Assembly (NCBI GenBank): GCA_003990765.1
Contig: RBNJ01000193.1
Span: 1 to 37,216 of the forward strand
DNA length: 37,216 bases
From: Jimgerdemannia flammicorona
Lineage: Eukaryota
Reading direction: 5' to 3'
In this document: in pieces, positions 34,401 through 37,216 of the stretch
How the letters are laid out: every line of letters begins with the position of its first letter
Position numbering within the stretch: the first letter of the stretch is position 1
Notes under the pieces: model-generated
The model's database searches: none
What the model saw: only the letters and a program-made list of their open reading frames with translations
What the model was told of the DNA's origin: nothing
Made by a program: the position numbers and the translations under genes

Positions 34401-37216
34401 AGTACAATGAGCTTCATAATGATTAGTGGTTCTTCTGAGAAGATGGGCTAGGGTACTTGAGGATTGGGAGGTGGCAGACTGATATATTCTGCAGATTCAA
34501 AAGGAAGTCAAGGAGCTTAAGGAAGTGATACAAATGGAGGAGGAGGTTAAGCTGAAGAGGATAGTGGTAAGGCTGCAGCAGTAAGGGCTGGAGGAGAGAG
34601 AGAGACCCACTAGGTTTTTATCCAGTTACTCCAAGTATAGAGAACTAGACAGCAGTGGGATAGTATCTTGGATGAGGATGGGAAGATGGTGGTGGGGACT
34701 CCTGTAATTCTGGGATTGCTGAAGACTCACTGGGAGAACTTATGGAGTGAGGAAGAAGGGGGTGAGAATTCTCTGAATATTGAGCATCAATTGGAGAATT
34801 GGCATCCTGACCCTGCATTGGGTCTGAGGACACTAGGGGTTCCAGTGAGGGGAGAGTAAGTGTGTACAGTTTTGGCTGCAATAAGCAAGAGGACTGCTCT
34901 GAGAGAGGATAGATTGCACTGGGATTTTTGAAAGAAGATAGCTGGGGTAGCAGTGGCTCTGGAGGAAATGATAGTGATGTGTGATGAGATACTTTGATCT
35001 GGAGCTTAGATTGGGGGCCAGCATCTAGGGCTGGTCTCTTTGCTCTATAAGAATAAGGGGAGAAGAGAAGATTAGAAGAACTGGCAGCCAATCATACTCC
35101 TCAATATGGGGGCACAAGTTGGTGTTGAAGATCTTGGTGACTAGGCTGCAGAGAATCATCCAGCAGATACTAGGAGTAGAACAGAGGGGATTTGTTGGTG
35201 GCAGGTTGATCTGAGATGGTACTGCCTGGGTTTATGGAGTGATTGAAGGGGTCAGGGCCACTGGGGTGGATAGTCAGCTTGTGTTCCTGGATTAGGAGAA
35301 GGTATATAACAGGATGAGGAGAGTCTGGCTAGAGAGAGTATTGAAATAAGTGGGGGTTCCCCCAGAGTGCAGGAGGGCATTAATCAGTCTATTGGAGAGC
35401 AGTCATGCAGCTCTTATAGTGAATAGGCACAGGGGTGAGACTTTTCTACTCAGATATAGAGTGCCACAAGGAGACCCTTTGTCATCCATTCTTTATGCCC
35501 TTTCTTTTGAGCCCCTATTAGACATAATTCAGCATCGAATTGGGGGTTTGGACATTTTGGAGATTAATTGAAAGGTGGGGGCATTTGCTGATGACATGGT
35601 GGTTAGACTGGGATCATTAGAGAATGTGGAGGAACTGAGAATAATAGTGGAAGGGTATGAGAGGGGCTTGGGTGCTCAGTTCAATTGATACAAGTGTGAG
35701 ACTCTGGTGTTAGGCAATGATATTATTGGTGGTGAGGTGATTGGGACAGTAGTTCTAGCAGGAGAACCAGTCTGATATCTGGGGATATACTTTTTGATAT
35801 ATAGGTCTCTTCTGCCATGAGGGTGGTGGGAATGACAATTACTTGTTTGGGAGAATGAGCTCCTGTGGTAGGGTGGTCAACAGATATCTCTAGCAGGGAG
35901 GGTGATGGTGCTGAATATATATTGGTTGCTGAAGTTGTAGTATGTGGGGTACCATTTGGACTTTCCAGCATGGGTGGTCCAGCAACTTCTGAAGATGGTA
36001 AGATCATGGATCTGGGCTGGGTGGCAAAGTCAGATAGGCTGAGAGGTTCTCACTCTGCCTGTCAACTGAGGTGGGCTGGGCTTGATGGATTTTTCCAAGT
36101 GCCTTCATTGCCTATAAGCATGGTGGCTGAAGAGAGCAAGTGAGCTGAGGGGTCAAGAGTGGGTACCACTTATGCAGAGGTTATGGGAAGTTTGGTATTC
36201 CCCCCAGGGGGTATCAGGAGATCTGCTAGTGATATTGGCCATGGATGGTAGTAAGAGGATACATTACAAGAGTTTTTGGTAAGGAGTAGTAGATAGTGTA
36301 AGAAGTATCAAGCTTTGGTGGCAGAGTGAGGAGGGAGAGGAGGACTGGGGACTACAGATGTGATAATGGGATAGGTTATTTCTGGGTAGTATATTGGTGG
36401 AGGACTTTCAGCTTAGTGATGGTATGGAATGTATGTAGGGGCTTGATGGAGACTTGTGGCCAGAAGTATGGCAATGAGTGGGGATTGATGAGGAGTGGGA
36501 CTGGAATGGTATCTGGTCTTGGAGCATGCAGGTGAAGAAGTGGCTTCTTCCCAAGTTCTGGGTAGTCTGGTGGAGGTTCCTAAGGCGGAATGTGATGCTA
36601 AACTACTAGTCAGGGCACTTGGTGACTAGAGACATGATGGAATGCAAGGAATGTATAGACATTGGTCAGGAGGGGGGAGTGGTACAAATACCCAAACATT
36701 GGCTAGAGGAGTGTGAAGTCTTGGGGGATTTTTGGCACAGTATTATGAGTAGATTGAGTTTGTAGCCCCTGGTGGGAGGTGAAGGAGAGAGATGGGGGAA
36801 CCTTCAACATAGGTTGGTGGGTGGGATTGGGGATGAATGGTTGACTTTGGGATGAACTCTGATAGTTTGAGTAGAGATGGTCTGTCATTGGCTTCATGTC
36901 TTTGAGGAGAGCCAGTGGGTGGAGGTTAGGATTAGAGTAGTATGTTGAGAATAGCTGTTACTTGACATTTTGAATAATTGGTAGAGAGGGTAGAGACTAA
37001 GTGGGGGTAGCTGTTGAAAATTGGTGAATTGTATCTATGGTAAAAGTGGAGGTCAGATCAGAGTAGTGGGCAGCTGGGTTGTTCTTCAGCTAGATGAGGG
37101 GGGGAGAAGTAGGAAAGAGGATCTGTGGGGCATTGGCTGAAGGGTTGTGGGTTCTTATATATTATTATATATAGATAGAGTGGTAATAAATGGCAGTCCA
37201 AGTAACTATAAAAAAA
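31460..37216 (+). mobile_element. Near full-length decayed LINE (APE endonuclease + RT, L1/Tx1-like); 5' boundary approximate
   Basis: Sharp shift to G-rich composition at ~31.5 kb (putative ORF1 region to ~33.4 kb), ORF2 motifs, AATAAA and poly(A) at the window end. Confidence 0.85.
33470..37000 (+). pseudogene. LINE ORF2 (endonuclease-reverse transcriptase) pseudogene
   Basis: IRIFSLNIN (~33480), DLFLLQD, YLGGDFN (~33880), SDH (~34147), LKILVTRL..EQRGFVGGRLI (~35130-35210), LVFLD*EKVYNR, VPQGDPLSSILY (35461), AFADD (35581), YLGI. Many stops. Confidence 0.88.

Noticed and set aside
31459..36897. Pro/Ser/Leu-rich minus-strand ORFs
   Set aside because: Antisense shadows of the G-rich LINE sense strand.

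Overview
Eukaryotic, intron-rich DNA, most likely from an early-diverging fungus (Mucoromycota-like; inferred from kinase style and intron structure). A CpG-containing gene island (~2.2-17.7 kb) is flanked by AT-rich, CpG-depleted transposon relics. The island holds a possible LRR/F-box-like pseudogene, a peroxisomal (SKL) enoyl-CoA hydratase (-), a divergently transcribed 5'-nucleotidase (+) and the main feature, a ~1350-aa non-RD protein kinase with no visible signal or TM segment. The kinase is fused to 34 ribonuclease-inhibitor-type LRRs. Each LRR is its own phase-1/phase-1 exon (29 are exactly 84 nt), duplicated together with its intron, and the splice junction splits a variable, predicted surface-exposed codon. 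This is a candidate modular immune-like receptor that could diversify by exon skipping and unequal recombination. The right half is a nested TE cluster: a decayed full-length Ty3/Gypsy element (469-bp LTRs, 4-bp TSD, dUTPase between protease and RT, extra 3' ORF) inserted into a hAT transposase relic, foldback MITE copies, a 5'-truncated LINE with a 17-bp TSD, and a near full-length decayed LINE. The two LTRs differ only by transitions, many at CpG, which points to methylation- or RIP-like mutagenesis. All exon coordinates and counts were read by hand.
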